From Aplysia californica (Eukaryota): 63,094 bases of DNA. Positions within the stretch are counted from its first letter, which is position 1. The number at the start of each line of letters is the position of its first letter. Positions 24,974 through 38,640 of this stretch are shown in pieces. The translations under genes and the position numbers were made by a program. The notes under the pieces were generated by a model, which saw only the letters and a list, made by a program, of their open reading frames with translations, had not been told where the DNA came from and did no database searches. The stretch spans positions 368,941-432,034 of the forward strand of contig NW_004797688.1 in assembly GCF_000002075.1 (NCBI RefSeq). Reading direction: 5' to 3'.

Positions 24974-26100
24974 AGTTGGAAAGGAGGAAGATATAATTAT
25001 GAACGAAGGAAGAGGGGCACAAGGTGAGTTGAACACGTTACATTATGTTGATTCACTGGTCCACGAATTACGTATGATTCAGAAATCATATCCGAAAAAT
25101 AATTCAAAGAATACACTCGGTGTGTTGTTGGATACGCCACCCTGTAAGAGTAAGAGTTAAACTTGGATGAACACAATCAACAACCACCGAAACCCCAGCA
25201 GCAAATACAACAAGGAAAACATGTTAACAAGAGTACCGTATTTTGCATTGGAAGGGGGGGGGGGGGTTGTCGGTCAGCTACTAGATATCAGCTTGACTGA
25301 GTACAATGCGTTCTGTTAATTTTTGTGTTGATTTCTGTCCCTTTTTGTTGGCCAATTCACAAAAAATTAATGTCGAAGAGTAATTAAAACCACGGTCGCC
25401 TGCTTTAGAGCACAGTTTGATACCCAACGCATTACCCCAAACGACACTCCCTTAAACAATAGTATGTCCCGTAGATTTCATTGTAATGCCATGCTCAAAC
25501 GTCCATTTTATTCCTCATTCCGGTGAAACTCGCAATTAGCTTTACTTTTTGGCTTGATAAGGTTAAACAACTTCACAAACAAAGTATCAGTTTCCGTTAT
25601 TGCTGAAAACGGCCTAAAAATAGATAGTCTCTTCTCTATTTTATAACGCTTTGCTTCTTTTGATTTACTGAAGTTGTGAATCCCCTCAAAAGAAAACAAG
25701 TCCTGCTTTTTATGTGACGCTACACCCCCAGGATGCAAGAAAGCAAAAATGACTAGGATGTTAGTAAACGAAGTTAAAAACAAATAAAAGCGATGGTTTC
25801 AATTTCAAACCGGTGAGCTCAATATTGTTGTATGTTCCTGGTACTAATAAGACAACTGGTTAGAAATAAATACTGTTTTGATGAAATAGAACGACACTTG
25901 GTACATAGATAAAAAGTAAATAAAATATTTTTACTCGATATTCACTCACTCAAAATGTCAACATTTATATGATTATACGATACAACAAGCCTATTGCTAT
26001 TTCTAGTATTACGGATCTCAGGTAACTGGAATATAAAACTGAAAATGACTATATTTCTCTGGGGTAGGGCGCTCCACTGGTTAACAAAAATTCGTACAAA

Positions 26101-26149
26101 TGTTGTTGTTGCTGTTGTTGTTGTTGTTGTTGTTGTTGCTGTTTTTGCT
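26101..26149. repeat. (TGT)n microsatellite
   Basis: Direct trinucleotide run. Confidence 0.95.
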
Positions 26150-27871
26150 CATCTGCTGTAGTCGAAGAAGACCAGAACATCACATTTAGGAGGGGAAATA
26201 GTGTGGGCAGGAAAAACTCTACCACAGACTCGCTGTAATAAATAATCCTCCCCGGCACACATACAAAGAAAAATAAACACACACACNNNNNNNNNNNNNN
26301 NNNNNNNNNNNNNNNNNNNNNNNNNNNNNNNNNNNNNNNNNNNNNNNNNNNNNNNNNNNNNNNNNNNNNNNNNNNNNNNNNNNNNNNNNNNNNNNNNNNN
26401 NNNNNNNNNNNNNNNNNNNNNNNNNNNNNNNNNNNNNNNNNNNNNNNNNACACACGAACACACACACATACTAAGAATTTTATCAGTTGAAAATATGTTT
26501 AAGCATTTAAAAATGGAGAACAGACGCTTTCCCTCTCTTTCTCCCTCCGTTCTTTCTCTATCCCTCTCTCTCTTTCTCCCTCTGTCTCTCTGTCTCTCTC
26601 TCCCTCTCTCTCTCTCTTACCCTCTCTCTCTCACTTGCTTTCCCTCTCTCTCACGGTCCCTGGCTGTCTTTCTGTCTGTCTNNNNNNNNNNNNNNNNNNN
26701 NNNNNNNNNNNNNNNNNNNNNNNNNNNNNNNNNNNNNNNNNNNNNNNNNNNNNNNNNNNNNNNNNNNNNNNNNNNNNNNNNNNNNNNNNNNNNNNNNNNN
26801 NNNNNNNNNNNNNNNNNNCAGACACAAATAAACAAAAAATAATCCCCCAAACAAACAAACATACACACAATTACAAACAAATAAGATGTCGCACCAGCAT
26901 AAGCACAGCCATATTTATTGCCAAAGCTGCGCACTCCCCCACCCCCCATGTTTTCTCTTTCTCTGCTCTGTCCAAATAATACTATTTTGCGTTTTGCATT
27001 GTTAGTCTATTCTTTTTCCAAACTGATTCACCATATTGCTAATATTCTCATGTTTTATGTTAACTTCGCACACTTTGGCACCTTGTGTAACCTTAAAGCC
27101 AAACATAGTCCCCAAAGAGCTTTTATTATGTTTCTATGTCTTTAGAACCAATGGCATTCTTGAGACACAGACGGTAATGTTAGTCTTGAAGTGAATTTTC
27201 ATTCTTTCATCGGCTAGTCTTAAAATATACTAAGCCCAAGATGTTTAGTTTCTTAAACAGTAAGTATCAGCGTTCTAAAAAATAATTTGTTCAGATTCAA
27301 ATTCTAAATGTTCATAACTACAAAGATAATAGGTGATGTAGGCGCAATTGACAAACAAATGAAATAGTAGTTGTTCGTTCTCCTATAACCCTTTGCTTTC
27401 GAGCCCTGTACATTTTGACAGCTTGCCCTCGCTGTACTTTTCCCCTCGTTAAGTTGCGTGTTTTTTTTAAAAGCCAGGAATAGCATCAACAATCAGACGA
27501 CATCTTGTGCTCCACTTTCTCGCCCAGACGTGAAATTGGAAGCTATTCTTTAACATTGTTGTTTTGTTCAGTTCTGCTTTATTTATTTATTTATTTTTTA
27601 TTCACTTATTATTTTGAGAACTCCCCCCTCCTCTGTTTCCGGACTACTCGTTTCTCTTCCTCTTAAAAAGAGAAACGGGAAAAAGCTCTATGCAAAGCAG
27701 TGTCAGAGCACATTTGTTGATGTCAGTGTACATTTGTCAGTGCTGGTTACATAGAAGTATACGTTTCTTTTTGGCATGGTATCTCATAGTTCACGCGGTA
27801 TAGCATGGCATATACCCAGAAGAAGCACGTAAGTCCATCTGAGGACATTTTTATGAATTATAACATTTAAA

Positions 27872-28727
27872 TGTGTGTGTATGTGTGTGTGTTTGTGTGT
27901 GTTTGTGTGTGTCAGCTTGCGTGTGTGAGTGCTTGTGTGTGTTTGTGTTTGTGTGTATTATTGTGTGTTTGAGAGAGAGGGAGAAAGAGAGCGAGAGAGA
28001 GAGAGAGAGAGAGAGAGNNNNNNNNNNNNNNNNNNNNNNNNNNNNNNNNNNNNNNNNNNNNNNNNNNNNNNNNNNNNNNNNNNNNNNNNNNNNNNNNNNN
28101 NNNNNNNNNNNNNNNNNNNNNNNNNNNNNNNNNNNNNNNNNNNNNNNNNNNNNNNNNNNNNNNNNNNNNNNNNNNNNNNNNNNNNNNNNNNNNNNNNNNN
28201 NNNNNNNNNNNNNNNNNNNNNNNNNNNNNNNNNNNNNNNNNNNNNNNNNNNNNNNNNNNNNNNNNNNNNNNNNNNNNNNNNNNNNNNNNNNNNNNNNNNN
28301 NNNNNNNNNNNNNNNNNNNNNNNNNNNNNNNNNNNNNNNNNNNNNNNNNNNNNNNNNNNNNNNNNNNNNNNNNNNNNNNNNNNNNNNNNNNNNNNNNNNN
28401 NNNNNNNNNNNNNNNNNNNNNNNNNNNNNNNNNNNNNNNNNNNNNNNNNNNNNNNNNNNNNNNNNNNNNNNNNNNNNNNNNNNNNNNNNNNNNNNNNNNN
28501 NNNNNNNNNNNNNNNNNNNNNNNNNNNNNNNNNNNNNNNNNNNNNNNNNNNNNNNNNNNNNNNNNNNNNNNNNNNNNNNNNNNNNNNNNNNNNNNNNNNN
28601 NNNNNNNNNNNNNNNNNNNNNNNNNNNNNNNNNNNNNNNNNNNNNNNNNNNNNNNNNNNNNNNNNNNNNNNNNNNNNNNNNNNNNNNNNNNNNNNNNNNN
28701 NNNNNNNNNNNNNNNNNNNNNNNNNNN

Positions 28728-28758
<31 letters not shown>

Positions 28759-28812
28759 CAGCAAACAGACAAACAGACTTACAGACAGACAGACAGACAT
28801 ACACAGAGACAC
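27872..28812. repeat. Compound (GT)n/(GA)n/(CA)n microsatellite around an N-run
   Basis: Dinucleotide runs flank the N-run on both sides. Confidence 0.9.
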
Positions 28813-29792
28813 AGAGCTGTTGTTGGTATAACGAGCTTGTCTGTGTCAAAAGAATCGTTTTAGGAGACAAGTTCTAACGCACTCTTGGAGCGTCCCTCAA
28901 AACAAAACGAAATGAATAAAACAAAGAATCAGCCGAATAGCTTGCATGAAATAAAACAAGAGAAGGAAGAAACCCAATGGAAAGCAGCTTCAAATCCACC
29001 AATAAACATATTAGAGACACTTCACATTAAATTTCAACCTCAGGTTGAGAAGTGTCGAGTTGGAGATATCTAAAATAAAAACAAAATGTATTTCATAAAT
29101 TGGTCGTTCTTCTTTTTTGGATAGGGAACAAAAACGTTCCAAAAATCTCCAGTGACGGTTATATTATTTCTCGTTTGATACTGCTTTGCTGCTTTTAGGG
29201 CCTGACTATACCATATACTAAGGGCACAGGAAAATATGGTTCTAAAAACACTTCCTGGTCGAGAAATGGAACAAAACGTTTTCATTACGGACGGTTACGA
29301 GATCTATACAAATAATTTACTGTACTGTAATAATATTTATTAAAACGCACGACGAGGAAGTTTTCTACGTAGAGTAAACCTTTTCTTAGTGCGATGTAAT
29401 TGCTATACTAACGATGGACCGCTTTTCTTATCTCGGATCGATTTATTTCTAATACATCAGACAACTTTTTCATTGAGCTTTTCCTACCCTAATGTTAGCA
29501 TTTTCCTGCTTAGCTCATTAACCTCTTTTTCCTGATTAGCTCATTGAAAACTGGGCGATTCTGTGCTGAAATCCCCTCCCATATCAGGCAAGTTTGTAAT
29601 AGTTTCATGCATTGGGGTCTACTCTAGAAAATAACTATTATTATTCAAAAATTATAGAAGACATCTTTAAGCAGTCTTTCCTTTTAACTTCTATTTATTT
29701 TTTAATTGGCCGTCAACGAAAATGTGTTCCAGTTTTAACATGGCCAGGACGGCACGGATACCGCAAACACCAGTGAACAAGAGATTGATTAA

Positions 29793-30520
29793 AAAGGGGA
29801 GAGGGGGCAGGGAGGCTACACCTGAAGGCTATCTCGCTTATTACTGGACCAAATTTTACCTAATTGCACACATATAACAAGCATAGTCAGGAGCTTTAAA
29901 TCCGCAATCAAATTTGAGAAAAAAGTTTTGTTTCCATGGATACGGCGGCCATATTGGATTTTGTTGACATGTCTTACGTAATGAATACCGCACTAATTGC
30001 TCATGGAAATTGATTGTTTTTTTTGCATGTGTGTCAACAACCATTAGATCTAAAAATATGTCTGTGGTTTTTGTCCTAAACCAATTAGAAAATTTTTTAA
30101 TGATTTTTTTTCCTGAGATAGCATTCCAGATCGCAAAACAACCGTGAAAATCCACCCTCCAGACCCCACCAACAAAAATGTATTCAATATATCAAAAATT
30201 CAACAGATAAAGTTTTAGTATTACATCTTCTTTTCAATCTGGGAAAAGTTCATGAAGATTGGATAACAAATGGTGGAGTTATTTAAAAAAGCAAGAGAAA
30301 AGTCGCGTTTTGAGAAAACGGCCAATAAAGAAAAATAAAATATTGACTTTATGAAGAAATGGTGGGGACGAACAAGCCTGGTATCGGAACAAATGCGGTT
30401 TTGGGGGGTTCTTATGCAATGAAATAGTTGTAGGAAAAGTTGAAGAAGCTAAAAATGCTTACAACTCAAATTCCATAATTTTGAGCCGAACTGGGACTTT
30501 GGGGGAGTACCCCCCCCCTT
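29793..30520 (+). mobile_element. TTAA-flanked Kolobok-like MITE, copy 2
   Basis: TTAA on both sides. Collinear with 3901-4560, plus a short extra segment around 30335-30395. Confidence 0.85.
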
Positions 30521-31425
30521 TTAAAAGGTGCACACCCCTGCTTTGTCACCGGATGGCGATCTTTTTCACTTTCTTTTCGCAGTGACTCTCTTCACTATCA
30601 GTAGCACGAATAATAAATATATCCTTCTCTACTCTAGCTAACACCTCTTGGGATTCATATGCTCCAAACGGCAGGGGGTCAGCATTTTAACTACAGAAAA
30701 AATAACATCCCAAAATGTCAAGACACCTACAAAAACTCCCGAGTTCAAATGCTCAATTTCTCTTTACTCTATTCCAAACAACACATCGCCTACGCCCAGT
30801 TACGTGGTTCGGACTAGAATAGAATGAACGTCTTTCTTTGAAAGACCGAGAGACAAACTGCGGAATTACTGTCGCAAGTGGGCGTGGACCTGTTTTGTCA
30901 CAATTCTAATCTTCGGCACTGAATGGTTTTGAACAGAAAAGCTTTATACAATAACCGTTATTTTGAAGTCAGGTTTCCTCGGCTTTTGAAAAAAAATAAA
31001 TTACCAGCTTATACCATGGTTCAACGGGGTTCCAGCAAATGGACGCGAAACCGTACAGAATGTACCCCCCCCCTTTTTTTTTCTAGCTTTGCCAAACTCA
31101 CGAAAAACACCTTTGGTGAATAAAAAAAACTTGCAAGAAAGAACCCCCCCCCCCCATTAACCTGAAGACCTTTGGCTGTCTTTTTGAGAGCTTTTCCATT
31201 TAGGTACATCTGCCAAAAGAGGCGCTACAATCATTGACTGAAAGAGAAGATCACGCATCTGGAGTGTGAGAGATAGTTATCTATGGTACGTTCAGATTAT
31301 CTGGGAGGCGGGCTGCTTGAACACTGCCTGTGAGGGTCAACTTTTGGTTAGTGGGATACAACGTACCAACCGACAGTCGGAGATACTCGACAATGGCTTT
31401 CGCTCTAAGGAAAATTCATGTTTGC

Positions 31426-31600
31426 CAGCGTTTGTGGTGAAGCGGTTATTCACTTAGCCGTCACACAGGAGACCCAAGTTTGATTCTGAGAGTGGACAAT
31501 TTTCATTATCTTGGTCTTTCAGCTGGGATGTTTTATCGCTCTTAGCCTGTGTTGGACGTGACAGGTATGGTCAAGGCCCAACTCCCAAATGATTTAAATT
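31426..31600 (+). mobile_element. tRNA-derived SINE, family C
   Basis: GCGTTTGTGGTGAAGCGGTT A box, AGTTTGATTC B box; body homologous to 6778-6970 and 52215-52372. Confidence 0.7.
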
Positions 31601-34489
31601 ATGCTGTTCGGGTGATATAATCAGCTACAACCCAACCAACCAACAACAACAACCCAACAACAACAAAACAACAACAACAAAAAACAAAAACAAAAACCAC
31701 CCCCCCACAAAAGAACCACCCTAAAAAAACAAAAAAAAAACAAAACAAAAAGAACACAACAAACAAACACAAAAGCCCCAAACAAAAAACAACACAAAAA
31801 ACAACAAAATAAACAAATAAAAAAAATAAATAAAAAAAAACCAAACAAAAGAAACGTCGTGTTTTCTGCGTGCAACAGCGGCGGAGCGTCTGGCCATGGG
31901 CCATGACACTACACACATCGGTCTCCACACGACAGGGGGCTGTTGAGCCGTTACAACGTGTGATTGTAGAATTCAAAGGAGAGAGAAGACAATTTAATGT
32001 TTTAAACTATTGCTATAATTTTTTTTCACAGGATCCATATTGATGATGTCTAATTTTTTTACCTGAATGCTTAACATGTTCTATCTTTGCACCGCATGTC
32101 TTACTGTTATTAAAGAATTTTTTCGCTATTTACCGCTGGTTGATTCCTATAGTTTTAAAGTTAAGAGGATGCGGTAACTTCAAATGACTTCGTAAGGAAA
32201 TTATGCTGATTAAAAAAAAAATACCTTGTTGAAAGGAAAACTGAGTTCAATGCCCTTGATCACCTTTAAATCTTTAAATCCCACTATACAGTCAGTCCAT
32301 AATTTAAGCAATCGGCTTTGTCACAAAGCAAAAACAAAACAACAACAACGACAAGAAAACATGTTCTCAAAAATGACCCTTCCCATCTGTTCCCCAAGCC
32401 CATATACAAAATTCTTAGGTATAAAGCCAATTCACAGAACAAGAAACGGGACAGGCCGGGCTATTTTCTCGGTAGATTTCTGTACTTGAAAAATGGTGAG
32501 CGCTCTCTATCTCATTGAAAATATTTTCGCAGCTGGTACGCATAATTATCACAACCCCGTCCCTTGAGGAGCACGGGTTTAGTAAGCCCAGAAAATATTC
32601 TCCTCACTCACTCGGCTTTGAATGTTGGCCTGACTGGAATTAATTGACCCCAGTTACACGAAGGCGGACTGATTCTTTTAAGGCAAGGTCTTCCCTGTGT
32701 AAAGAGACTAAGAGCACAATAAAATCTCCCACAAGTTGTGTCAGCGTTTCTGTTGTTGCCAAGACAATCAACGTCACCTGAAAAACTGATGTTGAATGTC
32801 ATGGCAACAGTAGAAAAGTGTGGAGCATACTGGTGGTTCCATTTCTCTAATGTTGAGTTAAGCCTTCTGTCTTTCATGGGAGACAATGATCAAATATTTC
32901 ACGGCTTTTGGTAAACACGGACCTAAACTTCATTAATAAAAACGAAAGTAGAAAAAATTCACAACGTGGTAGGTAAAAAGTAACAATTTACAATTGCTTT
33001 GAACTGGTGCTGTGAACACTGATTTAAGTACTAGTATGATGTTGTTTAAAAAAAAAAATATGACCTACCTTTTAGAGTACTTAATACTACTTCAGAAAAA
33101 GGAAAATCGTGAAGACTCAAAGTGCTAGGTTTCAGACAGAATTAAAAAGTGGTATCTTTTTTGATCGTCAGTATATAATTTTATGCAAACAGCCTGTGCT
33201 TTATGCGAACGGAAGAATGCTTTTCTCCACTCACGTGAGCATAAACATCTGTTCGCTGAACTCTCAACCCTTTTGTCACGATCTCACTCCTGTGGTCTGT
33301 GTGTAAATTAGGTCTAAACTTGTTAAGCAAACCCCCCACCCTCTAACACCCTCTACCGTCATGTCATGTCCAGCCCTCCCCGACACAAACCGAAAAGCAA
33401 AATGAAAATGGAATCATCTACACATATGTACGAGTGATTTTATGTCTTTAAAAAAAGAAAGAAAAAGAAAAACTGGAGAAAACCCAACCTGTTACACTTT
33501 CCCCATTTATTATTCCTCCAAATCCCCACCAATCCTGTTTGTAATTGTAATACGTCTGAGGCGCCGAAAGCACCCGACAACCCCAATGAACCTTTGAAAG
33601 AGATACAGAGAGAGTGGTAACTTGAAACAAAGAGTTTTAAAATAGCAAAAGTAAGTCTCTCTAAAGCATAATTTTATTCGACGTGCTATTTTACTCTTTT
33701 GGTTATTTAATAAAAGCACTCGAGTATCATTTATGGGTAAAGAAACCAAAATGACACTTGGCGTTATCTTTAGAAAATGGTATACCTTGTATTCATATTT
33801 CATATTTAGAGAATGGCGTATCTTGTGAACATTTTTACAGAATTGTTTATCGTGAATATATTTCTATTCAGCGAAAAGGGTGGCATATCTTGAATACATT
33901 TAATAGACTAGTGTATCTTAAATGTAATTTCGGACACTGCCGCATCTTGCAAACAACCTTTGACTGCTCACAGCTAGTGTTGAGCTGGACTGAGACACAT
34001 AATTAAACACTAAAATCTGTTTAAGAAATATCGAAAGAAGTGCGCAAGATTTATCATGTCAAACCTACGAAATTGAGAGCAGTCATTTGTTATTTACATT
34101 CTTTGAGGCTAAGATGTCAGTCAATATTGTTTTGTAAAGACTGCAATAAAACATGATTTACATAATTATCATGCCTTATCCCTGCAAAGCTCCCTGTCAC
34201 ATGTCAATCACACCCCCCCCCCACACACACACCAGAACACTATGAAATGCAGTATAATCAAGCAAACAGAATACTCATTTTGTGCGTACAACAAGTAGCG
34301 ACTCGTATGTTCTTCATGCAAAAAAAAAAAAAATTATATATATATTTCCAGCACATTGGGCGAAAAAAATTAACAACAACTGGACTAAGTCGGTCTCTGT
34401 CAGAGAGCCGTCTGTTCTCCTCGTAAAGATAATAATACATAATATTACCAAGGCACAAAAAAGAAACAATAAGGTATGTCATTTTTTGG

Positions 34490-34759
34490 CGTTGTGAGAA
34501 AATGTTAAAAAATCAAAAGCTTGACATAAGAACTGACATAAAGGCCTTGAACATCTAGCTCTTACTGGCAAACGTTGAAAAATTTAAAGCAAACGAGGCA
34601 GGGAAGACCCAGAACAACATATCTATAGAACCTAAACATAGGTAACGGGGCAGGAACGGGGAAATGAAGCTTTTTTAAGAGCATCCGAGCAAAAGAGTTA
34701 ATGGAGAACCATGATCGCTGATGTCTGTCGCAGCTATGGCACTTGGTGATGATGATGAC
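34490..34759 (+). mobile_element. RTE-clade LINE 3' fragment with (TGA)n tail
   Basis: Decayed RQGRPRTTYL and WRTMIADVCRSYGT, typical of RTE C-termini, followed by TGATGATGATGA. Confidence 0.65.
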
Positions 34760-34943
34760 TGCCCATGTTTGTCTATTACAGTAAAGCTTTTATTCATAGC
34801 TTCATATTTGGTGACTAATCAGATTTTAGCCCTATACACTTCGACGGTACCGACGAGGCGCGTAAACACATTCAAACCCACGTCATAACTCAAATTTTAC
34901 AGAAACGGATTTCTTTTGTGTTCCATTGTACCCTTCATTTGTA

Positions 34944-37900
34944 TACTTACTTACTTTTACTTTTTCATCCTCTGTTGCCGTTTAGCGTCGAGGGGAGATG
35001 CAGTGTTTTCTATGGTAAGCCAGCTCCGCAGCTCTTTCAGTTGTGAATGTTATGTTTTCTTAGGGTTTCCTTGACACCCTCGATCCACTTTTTGCGTGGC
35101 CTTCCTCTTCCTTTGTAGCCTGAGTGCTTGGTGTTGTAAGCTCTCGTGGCTCGCTGGTCAGGTGACATGCGTAACAGGTGGCCAAAACCATTTTATCCTC
35201 TGTCTTTTTATGTAATGCAGGCAGGACTCAGTGTCGATAACTGCTCTTACGTCTTCATTTCTCCGTCTGTCTCGTCTTGTGATGTTAAGGGTTTTGCGGA
35301 GACATTTCAATTCGCATGCGGTGATTTTGCTTTCATGGGTTTAGCTTAAGATCCAAGTCGGGCACTGATAACATTATGTTGGTATGAATACTGAGGTGAT
35401 AAGCTGTCTCTTTGTGTCCATGGAGATGTTTGGATGAGATAGGAGGGGTGCGAGCTGGTAGGAAAGGCGTTGGCTTTTTGAGTTCGCATTTCTATTTCTC
35501 TGTCTATGGACCCGTTTTCAGAAAACGTGCTGCCAAGATATTTAACCTCCTTCACCTGTTTCAGTTGTTTACTATCGACATGGATGTTCAGGGGACTATG
35601 GTTTCGGTTCACTTTCATAACTTCTGTTTTTGCTGTGCTTATTTTCATGTTGAATTTCTCACTGGTGTTATTGAGATCGGTTGTGCGATTTTGGAGGCTT
35701 TGTTGGTCATGATCAATAATTTGACGACATGGTCGTCTGCGAATAGAAATTCATTTAGGTTTTCTGGGCTTTGGTTTGTTTCTTGCGTTATTGAGTCCAT
35801 ATATATTATAAACAGGAGGGGAGATAGAACGCATCCCTGTCGTACTCCAGATCTTACTTTGAACCAGTCTGTATAGCCTTCCTTCGTTCTTACTGAGCTT
35901 CTGCTGTTGGTATATATAGAGCTCTGACAATATCTAACATTTGTCCTCTGATGCCATACTTTTCGAGTGTCTTCCAGAGCTTTGTATGGTTTACTCTGTC
36001 AAAGACCTTCTCCTGGTCTATAAAGACGATGTTGGTTTCTTTGTTGTGTTCGATTGTTTTCTCGCATATCTGTCGTAATGCGAATACGGCATCCATGCAT
36101 CCTCTTCCCTTTCGGAATCCAAACTGAGCTTTGCTCAGATTTCTCTCTACAATAGGTCTTATGCGCTGCTCTACATAGTATCTTGGCATACATTTTCCCT
36201 GAGTGGCTTAACAATGAGATGCCTCTATATGTTGTGCGGTCGTGTTTGTTGCCTTTTTTCCATAATGGTACCGCTATGGCTTTCTGCCAGTCTTCTGGGC
36301 ATTTTTTTGGTTCCCAGGCTCTGTTGAAAACACGCCTCAGCCACAGTATACCGGTGTTTCCAAAACCTCTTATGGCTTCCGCTGTGATGTCATCTGGTCC
36401 CGGGTCTTTGTTCTTGGGGCTGGTTCTGAGAGCCTATTTTATTTCACTGGGAAGTATTGGTGGTTCTGTTTGATCTCCATTTGATGGTTGGAACGCTACG
36501 TGTTGTCAGTGGCAAGCGTCTTGGTTGAGCAGTTCTTGGAAGTCATTTTCCCATCTTTTCTTAAGGACTGGTGGGGCCCCTGAGGTCTATATTGGCTATT
36601 TTGGCCTAGAGTGCCGATATTTGCTGTGGGACATCGTGTGTTATTGGGGATTATAAATCAATAGTTGTGAATCGGTTGCTATGGAAACGGCGGCCATATT
36701 GGATTTTTGTATATCTTTTTCAATCCCATTTTATTTCCTTATTTATAAACTGATTCACTTCTAATTTGGCATGCCAACAGTACATATGTAGCTCTTAAAT
36801 TTGATTTGTTGAATTTTTGATATATGATTTAATTTTTAATTTATGACATTTACAATTGAGATGTTGCAAAAAAAGTGAATAAAATGGAAAATTCATGCTT
36901 TCTAAGACCATAAATAAAAAACTACTTCATTAATAAAAAATCCAACGAGCCAAAATTTAGAACTAGGTGTTGTTGGTATCCTGTGAAAGTTACATGAAAA
37001 TTGAATTAGAAACAGAGCAGAAAAATGGGATAATATGTGAAAAAAAAGAATTGTGAGAAAACAGCCGATGCAGGTAAGAAAAGGCTAGACAACATGTGCT
37101 TTCGCTGAAAAACCTGATCAAAAAACACAGCTTTAGGGTGTAGCAAGGCTTACATACGTTTCTGGATATTGTTCAGGAAGTGTCCAGGTACTATAATATG
37201 TAATAAACCTAATTTACAAAATTTGACCTCCAAACACGATTTCTAGGTGGCCCACCAGCCCTTAATTGCATGTTTGCCGAGAATGGCTTTTCCCTCTTTG
37301 TCGTTTATAATGCATGTCGGGTTGTATGGGTCTTTCCTTATCCGCATGCTCTTCACACTTTTATAAAATTCTCTTGGGCTTTCCTTGCAGATTTTGGTCA
37401 GTTTCTCGCCATATATCTTCCATGCATTTTCTTTAGCCGTTTTGGTGATTCTTTTGGTTTCTCTTCTCGCTTTCTTGTATTCTATATAGTCTTCTTCGGT
37501 CTTCGACTTCTGCCATTTCTTGAATTTCTTCTTTTTCATTCTAATTACTTCTTTGGTTTCATCATTCCTCCAGCATGTTGTTCTGCCTTTGTTTCCACCT
37601 ATTCGTTTGGTGCCACAACAGTTTTTCAGTATTTCTGACAGGGATTTTTTGAATATTTGCCATTCGTCTTCTATCTCATTGATCTCAGGTGACAGTTTAT
37701 CCTCGACTGCTTTCATGATGTCTGGTTCTTCCAATTTTCTTAGGTTAGTCGTGGTTTTTCCCGTGTTCTTCTTTGTTTGCTTTACGTTGTTGGTTGTGAG
37801 GGTAAGTCCCACAGGTCTGTGGTCCGTGTCCATGATGTAGTTTGGAACCGCTCTCGAATCTTTGGCTGTATGTTTATGTCTTCTGCGCATCAGGATGAAA

Positions 37901-38640
37901 TCAATTTGTGGTGCATGGTTCAGGTCACTCCATTTGTACCCGGTCTTGATTTGACTTTGTCTATGTTAGAAAAAAGTGTTCGTAATAATTTTGTCGTGCT
38001 CAGGGCATAGATTAGTATCATTTCTCCATTGCTGTTGGAGTCTGTATCTTTATCACTGTGGGGTCCCAAGTACTCTTTCCAGGGAGTTCTTCTTCGTCCA
38101 ACTCTGCCATTTAAATCTCAGAAGATAAATATATCCTCTTTGTTCTTGATGGTATTAATATGGTCACTCAGGTCTTGGAAATATGATTGACTATCTTCCT
38201 CTGTATAGCTGTCGTTACAGGGAGCGTATGTTTGGATGTACGTTGTTGTTTTGCCACCCTCTATGAGTTTTATGCTCACTATTCTCTCTGAGATCTGATT
38301 GATTTCACAGATTGTATCGATTTTGGCTGGGTGTATGATGAAAGCTACACCATGTTTGGCTCTCTCATTTTCAGGTGTTCCACTCCAGATCAGGAGGTAG
38401 CCTTTATGGGTCAGCTTGCTGTGGTTGCCTCTCTTCCTTATGTCTGACATGCCCTGGATTGTTATTTTCTTTCTTTCCCTGAAATCCACTATTTCTAGTT
38501 CTTTGTCTCCAAGTCCACTGACATTGCATGTGCCTATTTTAATCGTTGTTCTAGCTCGCTGTCCGTTTACATTTCCTGGTCGTTTTCCGTTTGAATCTGT
38601 CCGTGTTTTCTCCTTTGATTGTTTCGTAGCTTGCTAGGCC
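34944..38640 (-). mobile_element. Disabled RTE-clade LINE (APE-RT), interrupted by a MITE
   Basis: APE: KIGTCNVSGL, HGVAFII, ISERIVSIKL, IQTYAP, DTDHRPV. RT: QFGFRKGRGCMDAVFALRQICEK, FIDQEKVFDRV, GVRQGCVLSPLLF, LFADD at ~35730-35745, VKYLGS. C-terminal GRGRPRKKW. (TAAG)n-like tail at 34944-34960. Confidence 0.92.
36565..37261. mobile_element. TTAA-duplicating MITE (Kolobok-like) inserted in the RTE
   Basis: TTAA|GGACTGGTGGGGCCCC ... GGTGGCCCACCAGCCC|TTAA. Removing it and one TTAA restores the RTE frame GKHAIK-KRWENDFQELLN. Confidence 0.9.

Noticed and set aside
30521-31080. Possible further TTAA-started MITE next to copy 2
   Set aside because: Only a weak inverted match at the right end and no second copy in the window.
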